The position numbers and the translations under genes were made by a program. A stretch of 64,000 bases of DNA from a virus, in IMG/VR virus record IMGVR_UViG_3300009593_002680; one strand, 5' to 3'. Positions 28,517-39,142 of this stretch are shown one piece after another; positions within the stretch are counted from its first letter, which is position 1; every line of letters begins with the position of its first letter. Below the pieces are notes generated by a model. It saw nothing but the letters and a program-made list of their open reading frames with translations. It was not told the origin of the DNA and did no database searches.

Positions 28517-29284
28517 ATGGCACAGAGAATAGACCAAATAGGCTACAACAACAGAGACGAAATCATTAAAGAGATTCAGTTAAGATTGGCTGATGGAATG
28601 GTAGATGTTGAGTTGGATAGAGAGCATTACGATATAGCAATCAATAAATCTATACAAAAGTATAGACAGTTGAGTAGTGGTAGTGTTGAAGAAGCAGTTA
28701 TTTTTATTCAAACCCAAGATGGTATTACAAAATATGTATTACCTGATGAAGTTATAGATGTTAAACGTTTATATAGAAGAGGTATTGGTACTAATAGTGG
28801 CGGTGGCACAAACTTTGATCCGTTCGATGTGGCTTTCAATAATATGTACATGTTACAAGCAGGACAAATAGGTGGACTTGCAGTATTTGATGCATTTGCA
28901 CAATACAAAGAAACTATTGGTCGTGTGTTTGGTAGCGAGTACAACTTTACATTTAATAGGAATACCAAAGAATTAACCATATTACGAAACGTAGCACACG
29001 CAGAGGATATTGCAGTAGGAGTTAATAACTTTATACCAGAAAGTGTTTTAATCAAGGATGTTTATGCCGCAGATTGGCTATCGAATTTCGCCCTAGCACA
29101 AAGCAAAATGATGTTAGGTGAAGCAAGAAGCAAATTCCCAGGTGGACTTCCTGGACCAGGTGGAGCAACAACACTTAACGGAGACGCCTTAAAGGCTGAA
29201 GCAATAACTGAAATGGAACAGTTAATAGCCGGATTACACAACATGGAAGAAGGCAACTCACCGTTAGGTTTTGTTATGGGCTAA
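28517..29284 (+). CDS. gp13: Neck protein, T4 gp13-like
   Basis: RLADGMVDVELD, ALAQSKMMLGEARSKF, PGGATTLNGDALKAEA motifs. Confidence 0.85.
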   Translation: MAQRIDQIGYNNRDEIIKEIQLRLADGMVDVELDREHYDIAINKSIQKYRQLSSGSVEEAVIFIQTQDGITKYVLPDEVIDVKRLYRRGIGTNSGGGTNFDPFDVAFNNMYMLQAGQIGGLAVFDAFAQYKETIGRVFGSEYNFTFNRNTKELTILRNVAHAEDIAVGVNNFIPESVLIKDVYAADWLSNFALAQSKMMLGEARSKFPGGLPGPGGATTLNGDALKAEAITEMEQLIAGLHNMEEGNSPLGFVMG

Positions 29285-29285
29285 G

Positions 29286-30119
29286 ATGAGACCCGACACT
29301 TTTTGGGATATACCTGAGTTACTGGACTACCCTCTTCCTTTTACAGCAGACGAATTATTATTACAAGAAGATTTTGATTTACAAGATGGCTATCAACATA
29401 GCCAGGCAGTTTTTGATAACGCAAAAAATATTGCATGGACTACAAATACAGAAGCACCAGACTTACAAATAGGTTGGTTAATTAGTAAAGAATTATCAAG
29501 AACATTAAATGAATGGGCAAATGATATTTTTCCAAAAGATTTCCTCTCACCTAAGTTCTATCAAATGCCAAGAAAAATTTTTCCTTCAACATTAGTAATG
29601 ACAAAACCAAGTGAAACTTCTAGATGGCACTATGAAGGATTTTATCCTTGGACTAACTTCGAATCTTATACTGGTTCCCATTTGGAGCAAAAACTCGGTC
29701 ATAAAAGAACAAGTTGTTCACTAAATATAAAACTAAGAGCAAACAATGATAGTGATTTAGTGTTTGGCATGCCAAATGAGAGGATTCAGAAAGAAATTGA
29801 ACACTTGTCTATTAATAGAAGAAATTCATTTGATGTACAATGGAATGAAGATAAAAGCATAAGAAGTAACATTTATAGTGATGCTGTAATGTTTATTAAT
29901 GAAGAAGTTAAAGAAATAGACAGAAAAGTAAAATACGATTGTCCATTTTTATTAAATTTAGGACATTTAGATACGCACCCTAATCCTTGGCATAGAGTAG
30001 AAAATAGCAGAGCATCTGAACCGAGAATCACTTTTAGATTAATGCTCAATGAAGAATATCCAATGAAACATTGGATTGATATGCACAATGAAGGAAAGTT
30101 GCTAAATGCAAAAAGTTAA
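29286..30119 (+). CDS. Fe(II)/2OG-oxygenase-like (DSBH) paralogue 1
   Basis: WHYEG ... WHRV ... PRITFR; N-terminal LDYPLPFTADELLLQED. Confidence 0.6.
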   Translation: MRPDTFWDIPELLDYPLPFTADELLLQEDFDLQDGYQHSQAVFDNAKNIAWTTNTEAPDLQIGWLISKELSRTLNEWANDIFPKDFLSPKFYQMPRKIFPSTLVMTKPSETSRWHYEGFYPWTNFESYTGSHLEQKLGHKRTSCSLNIKLRANNDSDLVFGMPNERIQKEIEHLSINRRNSFDVQWNEDKSIRSNIYSDAVMFINEEVKEIDRKVKYDCPFLLNLGHLDTHPNPWHRVENSRASEPRITFRLMLNEEYPMKHWIDMHNEGKLLNAKS

Positions 30120-31053
30120 AAATCATTTATGTTCTTTTCCAGGATTAGAACTTCCAATTACTGTAGAAGATATATTTACAGACGATGACTACGAATTAAT
30201 ATACGACAGAGCAAGGTTTAACAAAAAAGTTGATATAGTTGAACACCCTGACTTGTTTGGCTGGACTATGGCACAAACAGAAAAAATGCATTGGATGTAT
30301 AGTCCTAACGAACATAAACTTGCTGGCACAGATATTATATTAGAAAAAGACCAAGATTTTGCAGACTTAACATTTGAAGAAAGAAAGTATTTAGGATATA
30401 GACCACCAACAAGCATAGGTGTAATAACAGATAAAGACTTAATGTATAAGTTAAGAGAGTTTGCATTAGATACATTCCATGAAGATTATCTAGCAGACAT
30501 TTGGAGTTTTGCTGGTAGAAAGATTGTTCCTATAACATTAATAGGATTTAGTGGACCTAGTACATTCCATACAGAAGGTTTAACTGGTTGGAGAAAAATT
30601 ACAGACGAAAGTTTATTTGAAAACAGAATAGAAACATCACGTACAAGTGCTGTATGTAACTTTAGACTTATAGGTGATCCTGATGATTGCTCTATAGAAG
30701 TTGCAGAACCAGATGAATACTTTACTGAAGTATATGATAACTTAAACAAAGAATATATTAGTAAATGGAAACAAGATGGCAAAGAACCAGAAACAATGTG
30801 GTCTGAAGGACGTGGCATCTCCGTATCATCTAGTATTGACCAAACATCAAGTGACGAAATGTTAAGTCATTTAACACCTTGTGGTAAAATAGAAGGATAC
30901 CATGACCCATTCCTTTTAAATTTATCTTCTTGGCACAGAGTTAATATAAAAACAGAAGCACCTAGAGTAAGTTTAAGATTTATGGGACATAAAAAACATT
31001 CCTTTGATTATATACAACAATTAATAGACGAAGACCGGTTTTTAAAATGCTAG
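30106..31053 (+). CDS. Fe(II)/2OG-oxygenase-like paralogue 2
   Basis: FHTEG, CNFRLIGD, WHRV ... PRVSLR. Confidence 0.62.
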   Translation: MQKVKNHLCSFPGLELPITVEDIFTDDDYELIYDRARFNKKVDIVEHPDLFGWTMAQTEKMHWMYSPNEHKLAGTDIILEKDQDFADLTFEERKYLGYRPPTSIGVITDKDLMYKLREFALDTFHEDYLADIWSFAGRKIVPITLIGFSGPSTFHTEGLTGWRKITDESLFENRIETSRTSAVCNFRLIGDPDDCSIEVAEPDEYFTEVYDNLNKEYISKWKQDGKEPETMWSEGRGISVSSSIDQTSSDEMLSHLTPCGKIEGYHDPFLLNLSSWHRVNIKTEAPRVSLRFMGHKKHSFDYIQQLIDEDRFLKC

Positions 31054-31859
31054 GTTGTTACTGTGATTGTCCTGGTATTGAGTTACCTTTTACTAATGAT
31101 ATTCTTTCTTAACAAGATTTAGATATGATTTATGGTAGAAAAGAAATACCTAAGACACCTTCTATACAAACTGAAAAAATAAATTGGTATGCAAATTGGT
31201 CAACAACAGAATGGTCAAAAGATGATGTCTTAAATGGCGGAGCAGTAATAACAGACCAACAGTTAAAAAAAGATGTTTGGGAATGGTTACATGAAACTAT
31301 ACATCCAGATTACTTTCAAAAAATATGGAATATGGGTGGAAGAAAAACTCCACCAGTTTCTATTTTATGTTTCTCACACCCAACTGCTTGGCATAGAGAA
31401 GGACCAATACAGTTTCCTGAAAACTTATCAGAACATATAAACACAGACATTGTATCTAAACCAAGAGCACCAGCAGTAATTAACTTTAGATTGCTAGGCG
31501 ACCCAGACGGTAGTACATTAGAATTTGCAGAAGCAAATGACGAATTAAATATAAAAGAAAAAGAATGTATTGACAAATACTTTGAAACATGGTATAATGA
31601 TGTTAATGGTGAGATACATTCTGCAGAACATGAAGGTGTAGTTTTTACAGCGGCCCAGCATTGGCTAGAAGAAGAAACTGGATTAACTAAAATAACAGAA
31701 CATGTTGGTATGCATAATGCATATATTGTAAATTTATCTCAATGGCATAAAGTTAATACTAATGGAGAACCTAGAGTTACATTTAGAATACATGCTAATA
31801 CAGACTTAACGTTTGAAGAAATAGAACGTTTAGTTGATAACGGAGAATTTTTTAAATGA
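31047..31859 (+). pseudogene. Fe(II)/2OG-oxygenase-like paralogue 3, with in-frame TAA at codon 22 (31110-31112)
   Basis: ATG 31047 gives MLGCYCDCPGIELPFTNDILS*QDLDM, matching MLECYCDCVGVEFPF...TEQDIDM of paralogue 5; WHREG, NFRLLGD, WHKV ... PRVTFR. Confidence 0.65.
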
Positions 31860-32737
31860 ACGGTTGTTATTGCGACTTACCTGGCATAGACTTTCCTTTT
31901 AATAAGGACGATTTTCTTACTGAACAAGATATAGAAATGATTCACGGTACTAGAGAAGGGGAAATTATGGAAGATAAGTCCTTTGGAGCCTTGTCGGCTT
32001 TTAGAGGTCAAGACACTTTTATAAAATCAGAAAAATTAAAATGGAGTAGATATACATACAAAATGTCTACAGATGGTGCTGGAGAAGGATACCGTGCAGA
32101 CTTTGGTAGTTTTAATGGTAATGCAATAATAACAGATACTAAATTAAAACGTGATGTATGGGAGTGGCTTAATGAAACGTTACACCCAGATTATTTTCAA
32201 GAGATTTGGAAATTTTCATCAGGTACTAATACACCTCCAGTTACTGTATTATGTTTTTCTATGGAAACTAGTGGTTGGCATAATGAAGGACCTGTACCAC
32301 ACCCAGACTTTGATAATTCTAGGAGACCACCAGCAGTAATTAATTTTAGACTTTTAGGTGATGTAGATAACAGTTATATAGAATTTGCACAACCAGATGA
32401 AGAAATGCAACAAGCAGAAGACGAAATAGTTGAAATGTTTATAGAAGATATTAAAAACTCTACAGCACCAGATCCTATGTTGACAACTGCAACAGAACAT
32501 AAGAACTTAATTATGGCAAGTACATTACAATTATTTCATAATAATGTTTGGGAACCAAATTTAATACCAATTACAAAACATGTAGGACAACATAATCCAT
32601 ACATTGTTAATGTTGGTAAATGGCACAGAGTAGTTACAAATGGCACACCTAGAGTTACTTTTAGAATACATGCTAATACAAATTTAACATTTGAACAAAT
32701 AGAACAAATGGTAGAGGCAGGAGAGTTTTTTAAATAA
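31856..32737 (+). CDS. Fe(II)/2OG-oxygenase-like paralogue 4
   Basis: WHNEG, NFRLLGD, WHRV ... PRVTFR. Confidence 0.65.
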   Translation: MNGCYCDLPGIDFPFNKDDFLTEQDIEMIHGTREGEIMEDKSFGALSAFRGQDTFIKSEKLKWSRYTYKMSTDGAGEGYRADFGSFNGNAIITDTKLKRDVWEWLNETLHPDYFQEIWKFSSGTNTPPVTVLCFSMETSGWHNEGPVPHPDFDNSRRPPAVINFRLLGDVDNSYIEFAQPDEEMQQAEDEIVEMFIEDIKNSTAPDPMLTTATEHKNLIMASTLQLFHNNVWEPNLIPITKHVGQHNPYIVNVGKWHRVVTNGTPRVTFRIHANTNLTFEQIEQMVEAGEFFK

Positions 32738-33591
32738 TGCTAGAATGTTATTGTGATTGTGTTGGAGTAGAGTTTCCGTTTACAGCGGAAGACTTTTTTA
32801 CAGAACAAGACATAGACATGATTAACGGTAATGTAATACCAGACGAAATCACAGTACAGTCTGGAAAAATTAGATGGACAAATTGGACATCTGATAAAAT
32901 ACCTACAGAAGCAAAAGCAAATAGATGGTCAAACAGTTCAGATAACAAGCAACAAGCATTTAATGGTATCGGTTTTATATCAAACTTAGAATTAAAAAGA
33001 AGAGTATCAGATTGGCTACACGAAACATTCAACCCAGATTTTTTACAAAACAATTGGAGTATAAATGGTTTAAACACTCCGCCAGTTACTGTATTATGTT
33101 TTTCTAAATCTACACAGTGGCACAAAGAAGGGCCTGTATCAATACCAGCAACAGCACCAGAAGATTTTAATTCTGTATTTTTAGATGCTTATAGACATCC
33201 TGGTCTATGTAATTTTAGATTACTAGGAGACAAAGAAGGTAGTAGTTTAGAGTTTGCAAAACCAAGTGAAAATATGTGGAATGCAGAACTAGAGTTAATA
33301 GAACAATTTTGTCAAGATTATCATATTGCACAAGAACCGATAACAACTGTACTCAATGATATGACAATGGTTGTTGATAGTCATTGGCCCAATGCAAGTG
33401 TTTGGGAAGATGAATTAGAAATTATTACTGAGCATGTTGGTATGCATAATCCTTACATGGTAAATATTAATCAGTGGCATAGAGTAAAAACTAATGGAGA
33501 ACCTAGAGTAACACTTAGAGTACATGGCAGTCATGAATTAACGTTCAAACAAATGGAAGAAATGTACGATACCGGAAAATTGTTTATCTAA
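32737..33591 (+). CDS. Fe(II)/2OG-oxygenase-like paralogue 5
   Basis: WHKEG, NFRLLGD, WHRV ... PRVTLR. Confidence 0.65.
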   Translation: MLECYCDCVGVEFPFTAEDFFTEQDIDMINGNVIPDEITVQSGKIRWTNWTSDKIPTEAKANRWSNSSDNKQQAFNGIGFISNLELKRRVSDWLHETFNPDFLQNNWSINGLNTPPVTVLCFSKSTQWHKEGPVSIPATAPEDFNSVFLDAYRHPGLCNFRLLGDKEGSSLEFAKPSENMWNAELELIEQFCQDYHIAQEPITTVLNDMTMVVDSHWPNASVWEDELEIITEHVGMHNPYMVNINQWHRVKTNGEPRVTLRVHGSHELTFKQMEEMYDTGKLFI

Positions 33592-33614
33592 AAAAAATTG
33601 GAATATATATTAGT

Positions 33615-34271
33615 ATGATAATAGGAATAACAGGATTTATGGGCAGTGGCAAAGATACAGTTGCTGAAATGCTCGTAGAAAAAGGAGCAGTAAAAGATAG
33701 TTTTGCGGCACCTTTAAAAGATTTATGTGCTAGTGTGTTTGGTTGGGACAGACACATGTTAGAAGGTGATACTGTTGAAAGCAGAGACTTCAGAGAAACA
33801 GCAGACTTGTATTGGACAAGAAAACTAGGCATAGATAACTTCACACCAAGACTAGCACTTCAGTTGCTAGGTACAGAAATAATGCGTACACATTTTAATC
33901 AAGACATTTGGTTAGACAGTTTAGAGTATCGTATTAGAAAACAAGCACAAGAAGACCAAATAGTTGTTGTAAGCGATGCTAGATTTAAAAACGAATTAGA
34001 TTTAATCAAACAACTTGATGGTATTGTTATACATGTTATGAGAGATGACATGCCTGAATGGTATGAAACAGCCGCACACGCCAATAGAGGTAGTGTACCT
34101 GCAAAGCATACTATGGAAACACGTTATTCTAGTGTACATGCTAGTGAATGGAAATGGGCAGGATATGATTTTGATTATGAAATATCTAATACAGGAACAT
34201 TAGCAGAACTACAAACTCAAGTAGATATTATACACAATAATATCTTTTCAAATAAAATCCAAGCCATATAG
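33615..34271 (+). CDS. Deoxynucleoside monophosphate kinase (T4 gp1-like)
   Basis: IIGITGFMGSGKDT P-loop, SFAAPLK, TPRLALQLLGTE, VVSDARFKNE, HASE. Confidence 0.9.
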   Translation: MIIGITGFMGSGKDTVAEMLVEKGAVKDSFAAPLKDLCASVFGWDRHMLEGDTVESRDFRETADLYWTRKLGIDNFTPRLALQLLGTEIMRTHFNQDIWLDSLEYRIRKQAQEDQIVVVSDARFKNELDLIKQLDGIVIHVMRDDMPEWYETAAHANRGSVPAKHTMETRYSSVHASEWKWAGYDFDYEISNTGTLAELQTQVDIIHNNIFSNKIQAI

Positions 34272-34352
34272 TAAAAAATTTCTATATTTATCAAAACCGT
34301 TAAAAACCTTGTACCCTGGGAGTTTTATAATACCGGTTTTTTGCAAAATCTA

Positions 34353-34360
34353 GATAAATA
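34353..34360 (+). promoter_or_regulatory. Late promoter GATAAATA
   Basis: Upstream of the tail sheath gene. Confidence 0.78.
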
Positions 34361-34393
34361 TTCGTACTAACATAATTTAATTAGGAGATTATA

Positions 34394-37180
34394 ATGGCAG
34401 AATTAGTATCACCAGGTGTTAGCATTAGTGTATCCGACGAATCGTTTTACGCCTCGGCGGGTGCTGGAACTGTACCTTTGGTTATCATCGCTACGGCCCA
34501 GGACAAAACTGGACCAGATGGATCAAGTACAGCGGCATTTACATCTAAAGCAAACGCAGGTAAATTAAAACTAATGACTAGTCAACGTGAGTTATTACAA
34601 GAATTTGGAAACCCTTTGTTTTACAAATCAGGTTCTACTCAGTTGAATGGTTATGATCTCAACGAATACGGTTTACTAGCGGCCCACAGTTTCTTAGGTT
34701 TGGCAAATAGAGCATACGTTCTAAGAGCAGACATAGATTTAAGTCAACTCGCGGCTTCCTCTACAGCACCAACTGGTGCAATAGCAGATGGATCATACTG
34801 GTTAGACACAACTGTTTCAACTTTCGGGTTGAGAGAGTGGTCAGGCACAGCATGGGTTAAGCAAGACGTATCTGTTGTAGACGCAACAAGTATTAACTCA
34901 GGAACAGGTGGACCAAGTAAAGCATTTGGACAGAACGGCGATTACGCAGTTGTGGCAAATACAGCGGCTGGTGGAACTGCTTCTCAAGTTAAATACTATG
35001 AAAAATATTCAAACGACTGGTATCAAATAGGTAGTACAAGTTGGGGAACCGCTACTAGTGGCGACTTCCAATTTGCTACTCATTTAGGCGTACCAGCATT
35101 AAGAAGTGATGGAGTATCTGCTCTATCGGCTGGAGATGTTTTTATTCAAACTTCAACACCTAACACAGGTACAAGTTTAGGAACAAAACTCTATAGTACA
35201 AGTACTAAAGCCTTTAGTTCAGTAGCAACATCAATTTATGCAAACACTGACTCAGCACTTTCTACTGTAGGTACAGCAAACGTTAAAGTTGGCGACCTAG
35301 TAGCAATATCAGGCGGCAGTGAAGCAGAATACACTTTAAAAAGACATACTGGTAGCACATCAGTTGTTGGCACAGGGTCAGCATTTACTGGTGGTGTATT
35401 AGATGTCTCAGGTAACAGCAGTTTTGACATTGTTTATAATGGCACAACTGTAGTAGTTACATTAGCAGGTACAATTTCAACTACACCCGCAACCTCAACA
35501 CCCGAAGATGCCGTTTACGACATCAACGCGGCTCTTGGTGCGGCAAGTATTACTGAAGTTCTTGCTTCTATCGGAGATGACAACAATGTTGTCCTTACTT
35601 CAAGCACAGGTAGAGATATTCTTTTACAAAGTAATCACGCAGACTTTGGACCAAGTTCAGTAGGATTTGGATCACAGGCGGTTACAGCAAGTAAAACATA
35701 CTCTAACTATGCAGACCTATCATATGTAGCAAGTAAAACTACAATGACAGGAACTCTAGCAGACGGTACTTATTGGTACAATGCGACAGTAGCCTCGGCT
35801 AACGTTGACTTATTAGAGCACAACGGAACTACGTGGGTTACTTTCACAAAAGACAAACAAGTTGCCGCAACTGCACCAACAACTCAATCAGACGGAACTG
35901 CTCTAGTGGCAGGTGATGCCTGGTTAGACTCAGATGATACTGAAAACTTCCCTAAATTCTACAAATGGTCAGGCACAGCCTGGGTTGCAGTAGATGGTAG
36001 TGACCAAGTATCAGCAGATGGTATAGTATTTGGTGACTTTAGACAAACTTCAGGCAGTTCGCTTGACGCAGACGCACCGGCGGCTACAGCATACCCAAGT
36101 GGTATCTGGGCATTTAACAAACGTGCTTCAGCAGGTAATGTTAAAGAATACAAAATTAACTATACTCCAGCAAGTACTAACATAGGTAATGTTTGGGTTG
36201 ATGCATCAATGAACAAACCAGATGGCAATATGTACGGTTTAAGAAAAGCAGTACATAACTTGGTTAAAACTAAAATGCAGGCGGCAGTAGTTTCTAATGA
36301 TGACATTAGAAGTGAAATCAATGCATTTAACGTTATAGCCGCTCCTGGATATCCAGAAATGCTAGACGAAATGGTTGCATTAAGTACAGACAGAAGGAAT
36401 ACTGCCTTTGTACTTGCTGATACACCATTCAGACTTAAAGCAGATGCTACAAGCACAAAAAATTGGGCAACAAACGCCAACAATGCTAGTGAGAATGGCG
36501 AGGACGGACTTGTTTCTTCATCACCATACGCGGCTGTTTTCTACCCAAGTGCTTTAACAACTAACTTGGACGGAACTAACGTTGTTGTTCCTCCAACACA
36601 CGTTGCTTTAAGAACACTTGCATTTAATGACCAGGTTGCTTTCCCTTGGTTCGCACCAGCAGGCTTCCAAAGAGGTCTAGTTCAAAATGCTACATCAGTA
36701 GGATATGTTGACGCACAAGGTGAATATGTTTCAGTAACATTGAACGAAGGTCAAAGAGACACATTATATAGCAACAAAGTTAATCCAATTGCTTCATTCC
36801 CAGGAAGAGGACTTGCAGTATTTGGACAAAAAACTCTGAACCCAACTGCAAGTGCATTGGACAGAATTAACGTTGCAAGACTTATTGTGTACATAAGAGA
36901 AAGACTTGACGACATCGTTAAGCCGTTCTTATTTGAACCAAATGATGCAATAACAAGGTCAAACGCAAAAGAAGTTGTTGATGGTTTACTATCAAACCTT
37001 GTTATACAAAGAGGTTTATTTGACTTCGTTACAGTATGTGACACTTCAAATAACACTCCTGCTAGAATAGATAGAAACGAACTTTACATTGACATCGCTA
37101 TACAGCCTGTCAAAGCAGTTGAGTTTATATACATTCCGATTAGAATCCAAAACACTTTGGGTACTTCAGGATCTAGTTAA
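34394..37180 (+). CDS. gp18: Tail sheath protein, T4 gp18-like
   Basis: LVSPGVSISVSDES N-terminus; FPWFAPAGFQRG, LYSNKVNPI, GQKTL, DRINVARL, FLFEPND, IQPVKAVEFI. Confidence 0.96.
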   Translation: MAELVSPGVSISVSDESFYASAGAGTVPLVIIATAQDKTGPDGSSTAAFTSKANAGKLKLMTSQRELLQEFGNPLFYKSGSTQLNGYDLNEYGLLAAHSFLGLANRAYVLRADIDLSQLAASSTAPTGAIADGSYWLDTTVSTFGLREWSGTAWVKQDVSVVDATSINSGTGGPSKAFGQNGDYAVVANTAAGGTASQVKYYEKYSNDWYQIGSTSWGTATSGDFQFATHLGVPALRSDGVSALSAGDVFIQTSTPNTGTSLGTKLYSTSTKAFSSVATSIYANTDSALSTVGTANVKVGDLVAISGGSEAEYTLKRHTGSTSVVGTGSAFTGGVLDVSGNSSFDIVYNGTTVVVTLAGTISTTPATSTPEDAVYDINAALGAASITEVLASIGDDNNVVLTSSTGRDILLQSNHADFGPSSVGFGSQAVTASKTYSNYADLSYVASKTTMTGTLADGTYWYNATVASANVDLLEHNGTTWVTFTKDKQVAATAPTTQSDGTALVAGDAWLDSDDTENFPKFYKWSGTAWVAVDGSDQVSADGIVFGDFRQTSGSSLDADAPAATAYPSGIWAFNKRASAGNVKEYKINYTPASTNIGNVWVDASMNKPDGNMYGLRKAVHNLVKTKMQAAVVSNDDIRSEINAFNVIAAPGYPEMLDEMVALSTDRRNTAFVLADTPFRLKADATSTKNWATNANNASENGEDGLVSSSPYAAVFYPSALTTNLDGTNVVVPPTHVALRTLAFNDQVAFPWFAPAGFQRGLVQNATSVGYVDAQGEYVSVTLNEGQRDTLYSNKVNPIASFPGRGLAVFGQKTLNPTASALDRINVARLIVYIRERLDDIVKPFLFEPNDAITRSNAKEVVDGLLSNLVIQRGLFDFVTVCDTSNNTPARIDRNELYIDIAIQPVKAVEFIYIPIRIQNTLGTSGSS

Positions 37181-37196
37181 ACAAAGCATTAACTTT

Positions 37197-37224
37197 AAAA
37201 AGGGGTCTTATGACCCCTTTTTTT
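37197..37224 (+). terminator. Rho-independent terminator after gp18
   Basis: AAAAAGGGGTC-TTAT-GACCCCTTTTTTT. Confidence 0.9.
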
Positions 37225-37266
37225 ATGTCTGATTAAAACTCTGTTTAATAAAATTACCGCTTTTTT

Positions 37267-37274
37267 GATAAATA
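37267..37274 (+). promoter_or_regulatory. Late promoter GATAAATA
   Basis: Upstream of the tail tube gene. Confidence 0.75.
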
Positions 37275-37335
37275 AAAGTAACTATAAGGCTGTACATAAC
37301 TTAGGAGCCTTATGTAATAGATAGGAGATGATAAT

Positions 37336-37965
37336 ATGTCAACAAGTGCAAGTAAATTCGGTGTGCCTACCCAGGCAGGCGAAAAGGGTATTCTACAACC
37401 TAAATTAAAATACAGGTTTAGAGTTACACTTGGAGAAGGCTTTGGTGGTTCAGGTAATGAAACCCGAACATATACTCAAAACGTTATGAATGTTACCCGT
37501 CCTAAAGTAAACTTTGAAGAAGTTATGATTGATTCATATAATTCAAAAGTGTATGTTGCTGGAAAACACGCATGGGATCCAGTAACTGTTGTTGTTAGAG
37601 ATGACATCCAGAATTCTGTATCAAGAATTGTTGGTGCTCAAAACCAAAGACAACTTAACCACTTTGAACAAACAGCACCATTGGCTGGTACTGACTATAA
37701 ATTCGGAATGAAAATTGAATTATTAGACGGTGCTACTGCTGATGCAACTGAAACTTGGGAATGTGAAGGATGCTTCTTAACTAATGTTGATTACTCAGAA
37801 AGTGATTATGCAACTAGTGAACCTGTTACTGTTTCAATGACAGTAAGAATGGATAACTGTTTGCATACTGCAGGAACTACAAGTGTAATAAATCCAGACC
37901 AAGGATTAATGACTGGTTCACATGCAGGTTCAGTTTCTGCACCAACGGCTACCCAAGGCAGTTAA
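37336..37965 (+). CDS. gp19: Tail tube protein, T4 gp19-like
   Basis: QPKLKYRFRV, AGKHAWDPVTVVVRDD, WECEGCFLTNVDYSE; follows the sheath gene. Confidence 0.9.
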   Translation: MSTSASKFGVPTQAGEKGILQPKLKYRFRVTLGEGFGGSGNETRTYTQNVMNVTRPKVNFEEVMIDSYNSKVYVAGKHAWDPVTVVVRDDIQNSVSRIVGAQNQRQLNHFEQTAPLAGTDYKFGMKIELLDGATADATETWECEGCFLTNVDYSESDYATSEPVTVSMTVRMDNCLHTAGTTSVINPDQGLMTGSHAGSVSAPTATQGS

Positions 37966-38023
37966 TAATAATTAACTTTATTAACGTAATTTTATTGCGT
38001 AATAATATTGAGGTAACAACGGT

Positions 38024-39142
38024 ATGAGTTTAAAAGGACATTTAAGAAAACTTGTGGCGACTGCAATCGGAGGTGGACAACAGTACTATAATGCAACTGT
38101 AAATCCAGACTACGGTGGAGCACCACAAGAACGAGATACTTTATATGTTGGAACAACGAATAACGCGATAAGATTCAACCCTAGCCAAACACCGGTTAGA
38201 CAAAAATTTGAAGGATATGTCAATTTTCACTTTAATAGTGAAGTTGACATCTCCTCGTTAAACAATAATGACACTCGTAATACTTTAAGCAGTCTTTGTA
38301 GGGCGGCTGAAGTTCCAACGGCAGAAATTCAAACAGATATAAAAAATCAATACAATAGAAAACGTGTAACTGTAACGCATACAGAATTCAAACCAATTAC
38401 TGTAACAGCATACGACACAGTCGATAGTGCTTGGGTAATTGTATTAATGAAAATGTATGCACATTTATTTACACAACCAATTGCAAAATTTGATACAAGT
38501 GGTAATACACCTTTACCAGCACGAGTGCCTAATGATATTGTACCAGATGCAGTAGCAGGCGGCGGATCTGAAGCAGTACATAGTGGAAACTTTGATAGCA
38601 ACTATGCAGGATATAATTTAAGACCAGCGGCACAAAGAAACTTTATTACAAGTATGGATATAGTTAAATACCATGGACAGAAAGCAATTAGGTACACAGT
38701 ATTCAATCCAATGATTACAAATTTTGAAATAGAAGGTATTGACCACGGTGATTCACAGCCAGCAATGATAACAATGAGCATATCATATGAAAACTTTACT
38801 ATTAATCCTGTAGTAAATGATTGGTTATCAGAAGAAGAACTACAAAGATTCTCAGGATTTAATGTAGGCGTATGGAACTATCTCAGAAACGGACAACAAA
38901 ATACACCAAACTTAATGGGTTCTGATGTACCAGGAAGAAGTATAGCAGATAATCCTGTTATGGGTGCTAAGAAATTAGATTTCTTAAACTTGGCTAAAGA
39001 CGCCACTAGAAGTTCACAACAGAATGAATTCTTTAAGAAGTTTGGACCAAGTGAATCTAAAGAAGATCCAAATAAAGATGAAAAGAAAAAGCCAGACAAT
39101 GGCGTAGATAACCAAAGACAAAAACTAGGAGGCAGTATTTAA
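38024..39142 (+). CDS. Tail-tube-fold baseplate protein (gp48/gp54-like)
   Basis: KNQYNRKRVTV..EFKPITVTAYD and ITMSISYE resemble a tube fold; follows gp19. Confidence 0.6.
   Translation: MSLKGHLRKLVATAIGGGQQYYNATVNPDYGGAPQERDTLYVGTTNNAIRFNPSQTPVRQKFEGYVNFHFNSEVDISSLNNNDTRNTLSSLCRAAEVPTAEIQTDIKNQYNRKRVTVTHTEFKPITVTAYDTVDSAWVIVLMKMYAHLFTQPIAKFDTSGNTPLPARVPNDIVPDAVAGGGSEAVHSGNFDSNYAGYNLRPAAQRNFITSMDIVKYHGQKAIRYTVFNPMITNFEIEGIDHGDSQPAMITMSISYENFTINPVVNDWLSEEELQRFSGFNVGVWNYLRNGQQNTPNLMGSDVPGRSIADNPVMGAKKLDFLNLAKDATRSSQQNEFFKKFGPSESKEDPNKDEKKKPDNGVDNQRQKLGGSI

Noticed and set aside
10749-31112. Stop-codon reassignment or a suppressor tRNA explaining the two internal TAA codons
   Set aside because: TAA, TAG and TGA all end well-conserved genes normally (gp23 TAA, gp22 TAG, fabZ TAA), long genes are uninterrupted, and both tRNAs have ordinary anticodons (GCT, TGC).
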